DNA of 63,075 nucleotides, counting the filler, from Lenisia limosa (lineage: Eukaryota > Protista > Breviatea), in the NCBI GenBank assembly GCA_001655205.1. It is 8 parts of 8 records of this genome, joined end to end, with 100 filler letters (N's around TTAATTAATTAA, not from the genome) between each part and the next. Parts side by side here need not be neighbours in the genome. Positions count along the whole stretch, not along the records: positions 28,178 to 43,944 come from LPNZ01009369.1; positions 44,045 to 45,585 come from LPNZ01004615.1; positions 45,686 to 50,229 come from LPNZ01001251.1; positions 50,330 to 55,882 come from LPNZ01010283.1; 4 more parts are not named here. One strand, written 5' to 3'. This document shows positions 37,701 to 50,479 of this stretch, one piece after another. Position numbers and translations under genes: made by a program. Positions within the stretch are counted from its first letter, which is position 1; every line of letters starts with the position of its first letter. Below the pieces are notes generated by a model. The model saw only the letters and a program-made list of their open reading frames with translations. It was not told the origin of the DNA and did not search any database.

Positions 37701-39842
37701 GCATTTACTCGGATTCTCACATTCAAAATTAAGCTGTGCGCAGAACCGAAGATATGTTTGGAAGAAGACACCTTGAATATCAAATTTGGCAGTAAAATGG
37801 GAAACATAATAAAAAGCAGGTATCGTGACACTAGCATTGGTGCAACACTACATTTTATTTGATTAAAAACGATTTTTGAATAAAATAACGGTACAAAATA
37901 GAAATGGCGAAATGGCACAATATTAATGAGCCCAAAGTAAACCATCTAGAAGCCCTTGGAACCCGCCCTTGCTCATCTAAAAGGCAATGGATTTCTAACT
38001 ATCCCAGACTCCTCACCCCTAAGGAGTCTAGCTCTTAACTCTACTTATTAGGTATTCCTTAATTAAACACAAGTGTACAGCCAAGCATACTCGTTTCCAA
38101 TCCAAAATCATACACTGACTGCTAGAAGTCCTGACATGGATATTGATCTTCATGTCAGAACTTATTTTAGTCACTATATTGAAATAAAAAAAGTTTCCTC
38201 TCAGGAATAAAGCTTCACCCCGATAATAATGATATGGATTAAGTAGCCGTGCTGATAACGCTTAATTTCCAGATTACCCACATAAAAAGAAGCCACAGCG
38301 TCACACTCAATGGAGGCTTCAAAGAGAATAGTAGAAAAGGAGGACATTAACCTGACCTGTCAAAACAGGTTTCTGACATCCCCTTTAATCTTCAACAAAT
38401 CCTCGACTCGTTAAACATTGACAGAATTTCAATAAATTTCAAACATAATACATCAGAGCAGTATCATATTGACATTCATGGAGTGGATATGCCATGCGTT
38501 ATTCATGGTTCAGTATGGCTATTAATAGTATGTACCAGTATTTAAACATATTGTCTTGCTCTTAAAAAACTCTGTATACTATGGACATTCATAGAAGAGA
38601 AATATCTGCCTGTCAAAAAAATATGATCAGCTTCATAATACATAGATTATATAAATATATGCTCCAGCTTACGCATTCTGAAGTTCTGGGCACGTGGCCA
38701 CAGTCGCTGCATCAAGGCCGACTGGGGAGATGAAATGGGGAGGGGGGGGTAAATTAATTTATGAAACAAAAAAAAGACATATCAGGGGAGAGGTTATGCT
38801 GCAAAGCTCCCTTCTGCTCGATACCAACCCTCTTCTTCAAATCCCCACAAACCATGACAAAGACGCTCAGTGGGGAAGAGAGGGGAGTGACACGATGGAA
38901 GTTCCCAGATTCCTGTTTTAGGCCTAAATAGTGAGAAATCACTGCCTGGTCATTTTGACTACTATAGAGCAAATATATGCGCTGGCTATACTATAAAGAT
39001 AATTTTAAGTAGGGCTTCTCTACGGTCCGAAAAAGACCGTTCAAGTATCGATTTTATAGAGGATTTATCGGAAGATTCTGTCTTTTTTGGGAAGCACTAA
39101 TTGTGAACTAAAAGTGCTCACGCCCCACCAAAATCTCCCTAATATTATTTGTATAATATCACAGGAAATATGTCAAATAGCGGGCTTTATTAGGATTGAG
39201 CAAAACCATACAGTACCCAGGATAAGTCTTGACCGATTTTCACTGGGAAATCAAAGAGCAAATCGGTCAAGACTTCTTCCGGTCTCTGTAAATTCTTTTT
39301 TTTCGACCAAAGTGAAACCCTAGTAACACGTGAAAATACCCGACGCTTCACCCCGGTTCAGCTCAGAACCGTCGTGAACACGTTCAGCAGGAGTGACGTA
39401 TTTTCCTGAGCCCCTCAGAATATCGGCAACAGAGGAATACTTATCATATGTCTACAAATAAAGCAAAAAACAGTAAGGCAACCTCATTAGGACCCCCTCA
39501 TACGTGCCAGAAAATCCTGATGGGCATACTGCCGCGGAACAAGAGTAGGTTGAATTAAGAAGAAGGGGAAACTGGGTGACCTGCTGCGATGTCAACAGCT
39601 GATCTTGAAGATGCTGAAGCGGGGAGTCTAGACCTGTTAAAATAGGGCGAATAAAGATAACGCGAACATTTTTCTTCTGCAACATGATAGTTGCGACAGA
39701 GCTGGTCAGTGGAGGCGGCTGCATCAACAAGATCAAGTATGAGAACTGCGAGGTGATAAAAGAGTAACCTAGGCTTACCAAACGTAATCAAAAAGTATGA
39801 TAATCGTTTTATAGACAAGGCACCATGAAGAGGCGGCTTCAT
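31758..39842 (-). CDS. Large secreted protein with repeated beta-helix-like modules (one gene or two tandem paralogues)
   Basis: Signal-peptide-like start MKPPLHGALSIKRLSYFLITF|VLILDLVDA. Two similar modules: ATVATCPELQNA..ILFEASIECD..HIFGSAHSLILN..LSISNLNI (38730-37440) and VDVLSCAALSSSL..IISVKQDLIC..VFLQGNGKAITLN..LQVENLIISG..GILIG..NILIKDCHVTGN (33110-31800). The fold assignment is inference from sequence pattern. Confidence 0.45.
37346..37426. mobile_element. MITE family A copy (TIR TAGGGCTTCACTTCGGT.CGA)
   Basis: Ends TAGGGCTTCACTTCGGTCCGA and TCGAACCGAAGTGAAGCCCTA are reverse complements with one mismatch. Confidence 0.8.
39010..39099. mobile_element. MITE family A copy
   Basis: TAGGGCTTCTCTACGGTCCGAAAAAGAC...GTCTTTTTTGGGAAGCACTA; the right end equals the TIR of the 44176-44615 element. 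Confidence 0.7.
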
Positions 39843-40160
39843 TATAAGAAAAGTATGCGTTTAGTTCCATACAGTGAACATCCTAGATCCTTTCCTCCGT
39901 TATATTGTATATTTGCGTGACATAAAATCATTATTGTTAAGCATTGTTAATTAAGTTTGGTCTCACAACAAGACGTTTTTAATCTGATCAACTGATCTTA
40001 CCTTTTTGTCTCGGTTGCACCTTTGCCACCCAGAATGGCCTTTTCCTCCGCGCCTGTATTTGCTTTTAATTTTTAGTTGAAATTGAGGCAGAAAAGCAGA
40101 AAATCGAGATTCGGAAGGTCACACAATTGGACAAGTGTTCCCTGAGAAGGCTCTAAGATC

Positions 40161-43100
40161 ATGCTCAAACTACGTCCAACGTCAAGGACCTTGGCCGTTG
40201 TGCTTATTCTTATCGGTTGGTATTTGGATTTGTTGGGCATGGCACGATTACATAGACGCTGAATCATGTGTCTTTTCTTTCTCTTGTTTATATCTCTCAC
40301 ACAAATTAGGGTGCGCTTTGGCAATCCCCCAGTTCCCATCTGCGTTCAAAATGCACGTTCTGCGCGAAGATGACAAAGATGGTCGCGTGACCGTCCAGGA
40401 GGATTACTGGTGGTCATTTGACAATGACAAATACCGACAGGTCATGGCCGGTAAATTAGTGGGGGAGGGGGGTGTGTTTGGCGTATTTTTGTGTGTGTGT
40501 AGGGGGCAAATACTCTTTTTCGAATAGGTGCACGACAGAGAGAGAGACAAAACCGCGAGATAACACAAATTATCAAAATAGTTACGACCAGTGATGGGGT
40601 GGAAGAGGTGCGGAAAGACCTGTGTAATATCGATAGATTTCGAGAATTTATCTTGAATATTTGTCTTTTTTTCAGACCGAAGGGATAATATAACTACTGT
40701 ACATACATATACAAATGAGTCATAAAAAATATGGTTGTATCTGGCCGAAGCCGTCCACGCTTATAAGAGATCTTGGATTATTGTGTTCTATTAATTCACC
40801 CAATCATGGTGTAAATGACAGAATATTTTCCACATACATGTAAGTAGAGAGGGGGNNNNNNNNNNNNNNNNNNNNNNNNNNNNNNNNNNNNNNNNNNNNN
40901 NNNNNNNNNNNNNNNNNNNNNNNNNNNNNNNNNNNNNNNNNNNNNNNNNNNNNNNNNNNNNNNNNNNNNNNNNNNTCAGTCCTCGGTCCTGGGTAAAAAC
41001 GCAACAACTATCACAGTGAGTGGTTTTATGAGTAACTGGGTGTGTCTTTCTCATTAGAACATTAGGGACTCTTTTATTTTGTTAAACCCTGTTGTTTCAG
41101 CATTGGGTTTGTCTAGTTTAACCACCTCCACCGTGAACGTATTTTTTGTTTCTTTACCCCCGCCGCCCAGTCTGCTGGAGTGATGGGATGCTACTGAACC
41201 GACTGGCCTGGGATTTGTTTTTTTGTTTTGTTTTTGTGTTGTAATCCACCCTCGTGTATTGTCAGCCAACANNNNNNNNNNNNNNNNNNNNNNNNNNNNN
41301 NNNNNNNNNNNNNNNNNNNNNNNNNNNNNNNNNNNNNNNNNNNNNNNNNNNNNNNNNNNNNNNNNNNNNNNNNNNNNNNNNNNNNNNNNNNNNNNNNNNN
41401 NNNNNNNNNNNNNNNNNNNNNNNNNNNNNNNNNNNNNNNNNNNNNNNNNNNNNNNNNNNNNNNNNNNNNNNNNNNNNNNNNNNNNNNNNNNNNNNNNNAA
41501 TTTTCTATGGATTTGAGAAATGATTCAATGCAGCTCTTTTCATTAACTTAATGTCACTTTTCATAAGAAATGAACAAAAGGAAAAGGAAAGGACATTCAC
41601 AGTGGGGGAGGGCCAACTAAGATAGACCATACCACCACCCATTTAGACAATCAATGCTCCCTCTCTCTTATTTTTTTGTCATTTTTTCATCATTATTCTG
41701 AGACGATGTTGACTTGTTTTCAACTAGTAGTATATCATAATAACATGAGTTCAGGGTCAAAAGACAATTGACGGAATCGAATGCGATGTTTACGAGTCCC
41801 TTGTTAGAGGGGGTGTGAGTATTATTGAGGAGGGAAGGGTGTATATGTTCAAGAATCCCTAATATTCGGGAGGTAGTGTAAGAATATATAACTACGTGAT
41901 ATCTAACAAGGATATGGATTTGTTGGTTTTTTTGTACTCATTGAAGGTATTCTATGCATTTATCATATTTATGGAGGTATTTTATTTCACTTTTTTAGGG
42001 TGTTTTTTTTTATTCACAACCGCCAGAATCTAGGCTACAAGGAGTTCTGGTTCTTCAGCGTCAAGGATGAATCGCCTGTCATGCAAGAGCTACATTTCGT
42101 GGGCTCATACTGGATATCATTTCAAGCTCAATTACGTGTTAATAAGGCCTATAATATCATATAGAGCACCATTAATCATATCTAAAGCTCTATTTTGAAG
42201 GTTTTTTGTCTTGTACATATACATGTAGTATAATCTAATCTAAAGCTTCGTTTTTCGGCTTTCGTGCATTCTGTTAATTTAGGGATTCTCTACGACGAAA
42301 AAAGACTGTATCTTCAATAGACACTCGATAAATATGGATATTTTCACCTGTCATTTTCGGACCAAAGCGAAGCCTCAATACTTTTGCCACTGCTGAAGAA
42401 GATGTGTCTGGAGAACTTGTTTGTTTTGTTGTTTTCTTCAATCCTGTTTTGTTTCTCAAACTCTTAAGAGGGTGTTTTTTTATATCATATATAGTATATA
42501 TATAAAAATCATAAATCATAAATCTCTTTTTTTTTNNNNNNNNNNNNNNNNNNNNNNNNNNNNNNNNNNNNNNNNNNNNNNNNNNNNNNNNNNNNNNNNN
42601 NNNNNNNNAAATCCATGTTTAAATGGCTCTTTTTTCAGATTTGACTTATCCTCCTCCCCTCAGGCATCGAAAATCGAACGAAGCCGCTTCACTCACTTCA
42701 CTGCGGGCGCACCCCCGGATGAGGACTTCGCTGTACCTGCTGTGGGTCTTATGGACGGATGGAGTTATACTAATAATACAACTTAGTATTCATAAGTTTC
42801 TCATTTTGCCCCACCTACATATAACACCTTTACATCATCCAGCTTTCGATTTAATGTCCGTATTGTCTTCCTTTTTTGATTTCTTGACTCCTCAGCGCTG
42901 TCGTGATTACACTGACGATGACATGAGAGACGTAGGCCATTAGTGGAAAGTGGTTCTTGTATGATGGCCAAAACAAACTGCTTTTCAACATGAATGAAAT
43001 CGAATGTTTTTGGGCTTTCACATTTAATTGAACACCAGAGAATAGAGATATTATTTTAAGGGGTTGGGGATTTAGACAGTGAGAGCCCACTCTACCCAGC

Positions 43101-43762
43101 CCNNNNNNNNNNNNNNNNNNNNNNNNNNNNNNNNNNNNNNNNNNNNNNNNNNNNNNNNNNNNNNNNNNNNNNNNNNNNNNNNNCTTTGTGACGTTTGGCA
43201 AAGAATTGGCATCGGTAAATTGGAGAAAGTCAAGAGACGCCCAAACCATGGTCAATGATCCGAAAGTCAGCATGGGGAGATTAGGGATTAAATGGGGTTA
43301 AACTACTACCAAGGTTAGAGGGGGGAGGTGGCAGTAGCAAAATGCGAAAGTTGTGTTGGGGTTTTGTTTTGTTTTTACGTCGTGCTCTTGAAATGACTCG
43401 CTATCAATAACCCCATCTTTTACATTTCTTTCTGAAAGTACAATTAAAGCTTTATTCTGGCATACTACAATCTGATCTCCTTTAGCGAATTGCGAGAATA
43501 AATGAGAAGGCCAGTTCGTGGACTGCTGGTGGGGGGTTGTGAATATGTCAGATACGCATTTCCTCAGATTGTTTCATATTCATATAAAAATCACCAGCCT
43601 CGTGTTCTTTTAAGAAATAAAAGAATAAAGAAAAATATAAAATGAAATATCTAATAACATCCAGGACATAATCTATACTTTGAGGGTGCGCGTATGATTG
43701 ACGCGCAACGCCTTCTGGGCCAAATCAACGACCCGCGTCTTGCTGCCATGAACCTCAAAAAG
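40161..43762 (+). CDS. Secreted ependymin-like domain fused to a cathepsin-B-type (peptidase C1A) propeptide; 3' part lost at contig end
   Basis: MLKLRPTSRTLAVVLILI|GCALAIPQFPSAFKMHVL..EDYWWSFDNDKYRQ; C-terminal-type motif ERSRFTHFTAGAPPDEDFAVPA|RC (42660-42900); then MVNDPK|RIARINEKASSWTA|GHNLYFEGARMIDAQRLLG (43245-43740). The catalytic domain is not in the window. Confidence 0.55.
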
Positions 43763-44175
43763 GTCCAGCCTCAAATGTAGGGAGAGGGGGCTTAAAATCA
43801 ATTCTAAAACAGAGTGAATTATTGATAATTGATACAACCTCGATAAATTTCGATAAATTTCGATAAGTTTAAAATATTTCACACCCCTTTTGGAACCTAA
43901 ACTGAAGCTCTATTGGGGTTCTTTATTCCAAAATGTGGTAATCANNNNNNNNNNNNNNNNNNNNNNNNNNNNNNNNNNNNNNNNNNNNTTAATTAATTAA
44001 NNNNNNNNNNNNNNNNNNNNNNNNNNNNNNNNNNNNNNNNNNNNTTCTATCAAGGAAAATGTTCATTTGGCTTGTTTTCACAGACAGATATATGGACGGT
44101 GTGATATATACTATACTACATGTACATATATACTATGTATAAAATATATGATATCATGTAATATGCCATGCCATA

Positions 44176-44615
44176 TAGTGCTTCCTTCGGTCCCACCGGA
44201 CCGGATCGGTTCTCAACCTCGAAAATCTGGAACCGGATCGATCTGGACCGGTTCTTTCAAAAAGAAGAGAAATCCAGAAAAACAATAAAAATATGAAAAT
44301 ACCAGACTCGAACAACCCAATTCCATAAAATGATGATGGATATTAGTCATAATTGTCGAATTTTTGTGATAAATTGTTCAATTTAAAAGCATCTTAAATA
44401 CAATAAGAGCAATGTGGGTTTTGTATTTATATATTTGAAGCATTTTGGTACATTTTGACAGCTTTTGTGTATAATTGCTTGAACCGGTCCGGACCGGTCC
44501 GTACCAGGACCGGACCGTTTCTAATAATTTCTGGGACCGGACCGATACGGACCAGACCGGTTCTCTAAAAATCTGGGACTGGACCGGACCGGGACCATTA
44601 TCCAGGGAAGCACTA
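44176..44615. mobile_element. Non-autonomous hAT-type DNA element (440 bp)
   Basis: Terminal inverted repeats TAGTGCTTCC / GGAAGCACTA, flanking 8-mers ATGCCATA and ATACCATA (7/8 identical, TSD-like), many subterminal ACCGG/CCGGT repeats at both ends, AT-rich non-coding centre. Confidence 0.8.
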
Positions 44616-44669
44616 ATACCATATGATATATACTATTGACATAAATGTACAACCCCTCACCCCCACCTG

Positions 44670-45460
44670 ACGCTCTACCGACGAGTGGTGCAGCTTCCAA
44701 GCCCTGAAGGCCGAGGAAACAAGGCTGCTTTGATGGGATTCGTACTGTGCATCGGCGGTGTGACGTGCGTCCTGGGGGGGGGGGTAAGATTGGAAAATTT
44801 ATGAAATAAAAAAGCCCAAAATCAACTCTGTTGGCTAGCAAGACAAGAACAACAATCCAAACAAAGCCCAGGCCAGTAGCTTCTGCAACTCAGTCCTGCC
44901 CCCACGCACCATAGTCCTGAAAGCAACCCTCTTCCAGCCTCGCAGCATCATGCCTAAACGTCTCCTTTGCCTGGCTGTTGAGAAGGCCCGAATTGCTCGT
45001 TCCTGGGGGGGGGGGGGNNNNNNNNNNNNNNNNNNNNNNNNNNNNNNNNNNNNNNNNNNNNNNNNNNNNNNNNNNNNNNNNNNNNNNNNNNACATCATAG
45101 AATAGAGTAAAAAGTTCGTTTTAGGGAGATGGAAGGTGTGTACATGAATGTGAGTGTTAGGGATGAAGCAATAAAGAAAACCCCAATATATATCAGATCA
45201 TATGAAATCTTTTCAACACTCTAAAAGGGTTAGTATTAGTAACAAGCAAAAAATAAACACGAGAAAACGTGAAAGCAATCACATTTGAGTCCTGATTACA
45301 TACCCCCACCCACTCTGACCACCAAGGTCCTCAGAGCAGTGAATGAAGACGCCATAATATTGCGCGCGGACGCTCTTGAAACAGCCTCTGACGCAAGCTG
45401 CAGTTTACGGTCGCGGGCGGCGTGTTGCCATTTTGATAGGGCGGCTCGGAGGGATGCTGT
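44670..45460 (-). CDS. Sfi1-like repeat (centrin-binding) protein, internal exons only
   Basis: Three exons with helical basic repeats ending in Trp: LRAALSKWQ, MMLRGWKR, SSAFRAWK. The gene is cut by the spacer at 45586. Confidence 0.5.
44772..44886 (-). repeat. Family C intron-3'-end cassette (complete copy)
   Basis: TGCAGAAGCTACTGGCCTGGGCTTTGTTTG..GCCAACAGAGTTGATTTTGGGCTTTTTTATTTCATAAATTTTCCAATCTTAC(C)nAG followed by an exon. Confidence 0.85.
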
Positions 45461-45573
45461 CTGGGGGAGGGGGGAAGTCAATATGGAAGATTTATGGTAC
45501 AAAAAAAGCCCAAAATCAACCCTGTTGGCTAACACACGAGGGTTGATAACACAGGCCAGTGGGCTTCTGCAGC
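45461..45573 (-). repeat. Family C intron-3'-end cassette
   Basis: Same consensus, ending at an exon acceptor. Confidence 0.8.
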
Positions 45574-45685
45574 ACCGCATCTTATNNNNNNNNNNNNNNN
45601 NNNNNNNNNNNNNNNNNNNNNNNNNNNNNTTAATTAATTAANNNNNNNNNNNNNNNNNNNNNNNNNNNNNNNNNNNNNNNNNNNN

Positions 45686-48600
45686 CCGGGATTGGCGGGA
45701 GAATGGCCCTGATTGATCGTTTCAACAATGATAAAAGGTGATGGCAATCAAATATTTATGATTGTCGTTTGTCTATATACATGATATAATATTACTATAT
45801 TTAAGCCAATGGCAATGTAAACACTGGCCAAGATAAGTCGATCTATTTGCTCTATGATTTCCCAAGAGAATCGGTCATGATAGTATAATAGTAGCTATTA
45901 TAAATGAAATATTATGTACTAGCTCTACTATCTGTCACTGTATAGTATATAAATGATATAATATGTATACTATGATAGATAATCTATATCTCATCCAATG
46001 AAAATATGGATAACTTTTTTTTGCAAAAAAAAAACAACATCCATCATCATCATCATCATCATATACAAAATAAGAAGTAGGGGTACCGCTTACTGCATAT
46101 ATGGGAGAGGGGATATATATTTACTAATTCGTATTCTTCATTTTTCTCCTCATTCTTCAGTGTGTTTGTATTTCTGCTTACTACGCGTGTCGGAGGTATG
46201 GGAGTCAATTTGACCGGGGCCAATCGGGTCATCCTCTTCGACCCCGACTGGGTGGGCGGGGGAAGACCGGTAATATTTCGATGGTTTTCGAGGATTTATC
46301 GAGGACTTTAATCAATTTTTGTGGGCTATTGGTAGGGCTCCGTACAATTAATTGAAAATATAATTGCAAAGCTTTAAGTTCGACATATTGTTATGTAAAC
46401 TCAATTTCAGACACTTTATTTTCAAATTTTGTCAATTAATTTCTTCACATACCCCTCAGAACCCCTCTACGGACGTGCAGGCAAAGGAAAGGGCTTTCAG
46501 AATCGGCCAGAAGAGGGACGTCACCATTTACCGCCTGCTAACAACTGGTTTGAAATGGCGATGTACATTTGAAAACATGATGTGTTTGAAATGGCGACGT
46601 GTTTGAAAATGTGATGGTTGTTACATTAATGGGTTGAAAAGTCGATATTTGATCAGTTGATGTTTGAAGAGGGTCTTGATTGTTCTGCCTGTCACTGAGT
46701 TGAAAAGGCGATGTTTTTGATAATGGGATGAAATTCAAATGTTTGATAATGCGATTTTGTAATGTGATGTTTGAGTTGAGGTTTGAAAATGCGGTTGAAA
46801 TATTGATGTGTGATGATAGATAAGCTGATGAAACTTCTTTTGACCAATTCACAATTTGACTATCTCACACATCAGGGACGATTGAGGAGAAGATCTACCA
46901 TCGTCAAATCTTCAAGACGTTCCTTACCAACAAGGTCCTGAAAGATCCCAAACAACGACGCTTCTTCCAGGTGCGAGGGGAATGTTTCGAGATTAAAAAT
47001 AGCAACGAGAAATAAAAAAATAAGCTCATAAGAGGTATTGGATTATAGTATTAATTCACCCAATCATTGAGGGATTATAAGTGATTTTAATGATGCAAGT
47101 ATAATAATGGATTGTCTCAGGATTATAACGGGGGGTGATGATGAGTTGGATTAGGATGAAAGGATGCGTCTTCAATATGCATCTTCAATCACTTTAACTT
47201 CTTAACCACCTCTTTAACCTCTTTCACTTCACAGACCCATCACCTGCGTGACCTATTTGAATACGGCTTCAATACGCCTGGGTACTCTGAAACTGGTGGG
47301 TACTTTATTACCATTTTCTGAGGTTCTTTATAACGATTACTTTAAAACCATTTTCTCCCTGTGAGGTACTTTGGGCTATAACGATGTTTTTATGATCATC
47401 ATATGACGGCTTCGTTCAGATAAAAACTTGTTTTTAATTTCTCATTGGTATATCATATGATATATGATATTATATATTATGCATATCATACACTATACTA
47501 CGATATACAGTATATTGGACGGCCCTACTTACCCTCTCCAGACGTTCTTTTTGCCGATATGCTTACTCGGTTTCAGTTCGACCGAAGCACTCACAAAGTC
47601 CAAATTGGTAGGCCTTTGTTCATTCAGAATCACTACGCCGCATTGCGTTGGGATTCGTATTGAACAAACTGACATTTGAATTATATTTCATCATTTTAAT
47701 ATATTATCATAAATGATATGGTATAGTATGTTTATTTTTATGGTGGGAGATTTGTATTTGATAACAACGTAGCGCCACCCCGACACGAAGGCTCAGTTAC
47801 GGTTATAAAATCCCGCACAAAGTAGGCAAGTGGGGTAGATGCATTTTCCATTATTGCATTTACAAGCTCAAAGTTGGCTATCTTTTCAAGTTGTGTAAGG
47901 GTGGAGGGGGGTAATTAAGATTTTTAACTCATAATGAGCTCACTAATCTCTGGCAATCTTCATTCTCTTGTATCTTCATTCTCTGGCAATCTTCATTCAC
48001 ATATTTTTATTGTTTTCATACGGCTTTGGTCTTTTTTTTGACTAATTCAGTCAAGTTTTACAATAGCCATTCTAACTACCAAGTCTCTCAATTTCCGGGA
48101 CGTCACATACTAAGGAAAGGTCTCAAATTACTTACCAGTCTTGTCAATTTCCTCCCATTCTAACAACCAAGTCGCTCGACAGCCGGGGAGGTTGCCGACA
48201 GCAGTGCAGCAGTGACCAAGGTGATAGAACATGATGATGAAATAATGTTAATGATGATAATGTTAATGATGATGATAAGGATGATGATGGTGGTGGTGTT
48301 GATGATAATGATAATAATAATGATGATGTTGTTAATGATTATGATGGTGATGATAATAATGATTATGTTGATGATGATTACGATAATAATGTTAATGATG
48401 ATGATGATATTGTTGTGATTATGATTATGATGACGACCAAGGTTGTGGACCATGATGATGACGATCCCGATATTGACTACGAGAAGTTCTCCTCTCGTCG
48501 GAGTAGAGAGGTACGTAACGGTCTTACTTTTTTCAATTTGCTGTAGTGAAACAAATAAGTACATGGGGATACAATAACAACAAATTTGCTGACACGTCTA

Positions 48601-50090
48601 GCTTGCTTCGCTTCGGTCATCACGACAACCAACAACAGTGCGACGTCTTCCTCCATCTACCCCCTTATCCGCCCCTGTAAACAAACGTTGGACGGGGTCT
48701 AAATTTTCAGAAGATTTTATGGGGATTCATTAGGGATTCATCGAAGATTTATCGAGATTTGGACCAGTGATGTCCATCATTTTTATTTTACTACCATAGA
48801 CTCTTCGAGTGCAACGTTCTCCTCAATTCCGAGAAGATCTTCCCCGGTTCCTAGTGAGCAAGCATGTCTATGCTGTGTTTAGTAATTACACTGGGTCCTT
48901 CTAATTCTCAGAACCGTTGCCTAAAGCCCCAACCGCCACCACTCCAAAACCTTCCAACGCCCCTGCTGCTGAAGAGAAAGGTGAGTCTCAGGGAGCATGT
49001 CTTGAGTTGGCTTGCTCTAACTTATGCTCAAAAATAGGGCTTCCTTGTGTTCGAAAAAAGGCTGAATTTCTCGATAAATCATCGATATATTTCGATCCCA
49101 CTTTGTTTTCCTGGGTGACTCCATAAACCCCTCTCTTTTCTCAGGAATTATATAGTAGTATATTATGTTATATAATATATGATATGATCAGATGTATAAT
49201 ATCCTTATAATACTCTCTGAGTATAGTTTTCACGGTGTTGTTTATTAAAGTACTCGTTCTTCCAGAAAGAGGTTATATTGCCTGTTATTGATTTCCACTG
49301 TGTAACCCTTTGAAACGCGAAACTGCTTTTCGAGTTACCAGTCCAGAGGAAATCGAGTGGAGAACAGAAGAAGTTGACGTGACGCTCACTGAGAAGGAGG
49401 CGGAAAGTGACAACAAGATTCTTAGTTCACTTATGGTGGGTTTATGGGTTTATTTTCCTCCCGATTCTACGATCTCCCCCACTCAGCTTACTTCTCCGTA
49501 CCCCAAGAATATTTCCTTATCACTAACAACTCAAGTATTTCCCCTTATTACTAACAGGATACTGGCGTGTCCGTCCATTCACATGACAGAATCACCGACC
49601 TTTCCCAGGGCGTTGGAGATGAGGGTGAGGGTGGAGTTAAATGAGGTTGCGGAAATTATGAAAAAGGAGTTGGGTATGTCTTGGGCTCCGTGCAATTAAT
49701 TGAACAATTAATTGCCGAATTTGAAGTGAGGCATATGGTTATGACTGAGAAGTAAAACTGGGGGAGGGGGAGCTGAAGCCATATTGAAACTTTTTGATGA
49801 TAAAACTCTGATGATTATTGATCCTCGGTTACCCTCCCTCGGCTTTTTTAGTTTTGTTGTTTTCAACCCTTGCGTTTTTAACAAATGCCAGTCAACAGAG
49901 TTGATTCTGGGTTTTTTTTGTTGTTGTTGCATAAATTTTCCATTTTATCTCCCCTTCACCCCTCCCTCTCACTATCTGACGTTCCAGCGAAATCCGTGGC
50001 AAAGACCGCATTGAAAGTCCTGCTGAAATCCCGAGAGGCTTGCAAGGGGCCGATAGGAGTGCCAACGTGGACGGGTCACAGTGGTGGGGG
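45686..50090 (+). CDS. ERCC6: Cockayne syndrome B / Rad26 SNF2-family translocase, C-terminal half (partial at both ends)
   Basis: [12 protein letters not shown]|[30 protein letters not shown]|[29 protein letters not shown]|[31 protein letters not shown]|..LRDLF, later VHSHDRI and [22 protein letters not shown], all CSB-family motifs. Confidence 0.92.
48225..48460. repeat. Imperfect (ATG/ATA/GAT)n trinucleotide microsatellite in an ERCC6 intron
   Basis: Directly visible; produces the spurious poly-Ile and poly-Met ORFs at 48160-48564. Confidence 0.9.
49840..49987 (+). repeat. Family C intron-3'-end cassette (ERCC6 intron)
   Basis: Same consensus, ending at the AG before the conserved CSB exon [10 protein letters not shown]. 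Confidence 0.8.
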
Positions 50091-50479
50091 GTGATGCGCT
50101 TCTTTATATATCGTTTCTACCAAAAACAGTTCCCACATTCAAAAGAGCATGGTGCTACAGAAGTGACTGGACTGGGTTTTTTGTTTGTTGTTGGCATATT
50201 TGATTTGGGATTCTTTTTTTTTTGGTTTTNNNNNNNNNNNNNNNNNNNNNNNNNNNNNNNNNNNNNNNNNNNNTTAATTAATTAANNNNNNNNNNNNNNN
50301 NNNNNNNNNNNNNNNNNNNNNNNNNNNNNGGGGGGGGGGGGCAGAACGGCGTATCAAATAGCAAAATATATGACAAAACAAACACTACCTAATGACCAAG
50401 CACCACAATGTAACTGTCAATTTCGCACGTTCATAGAATATTTTAGGCACTTGGGAGGTCCCTCTCCAAATAAGAACAG

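Noticed and set aside
48160-48564. Poly-Ile / poly-Met ORFs in the ORF track
   Set aside because: Translation of a trinucleotide microsatellite in an ERCC6 intron.
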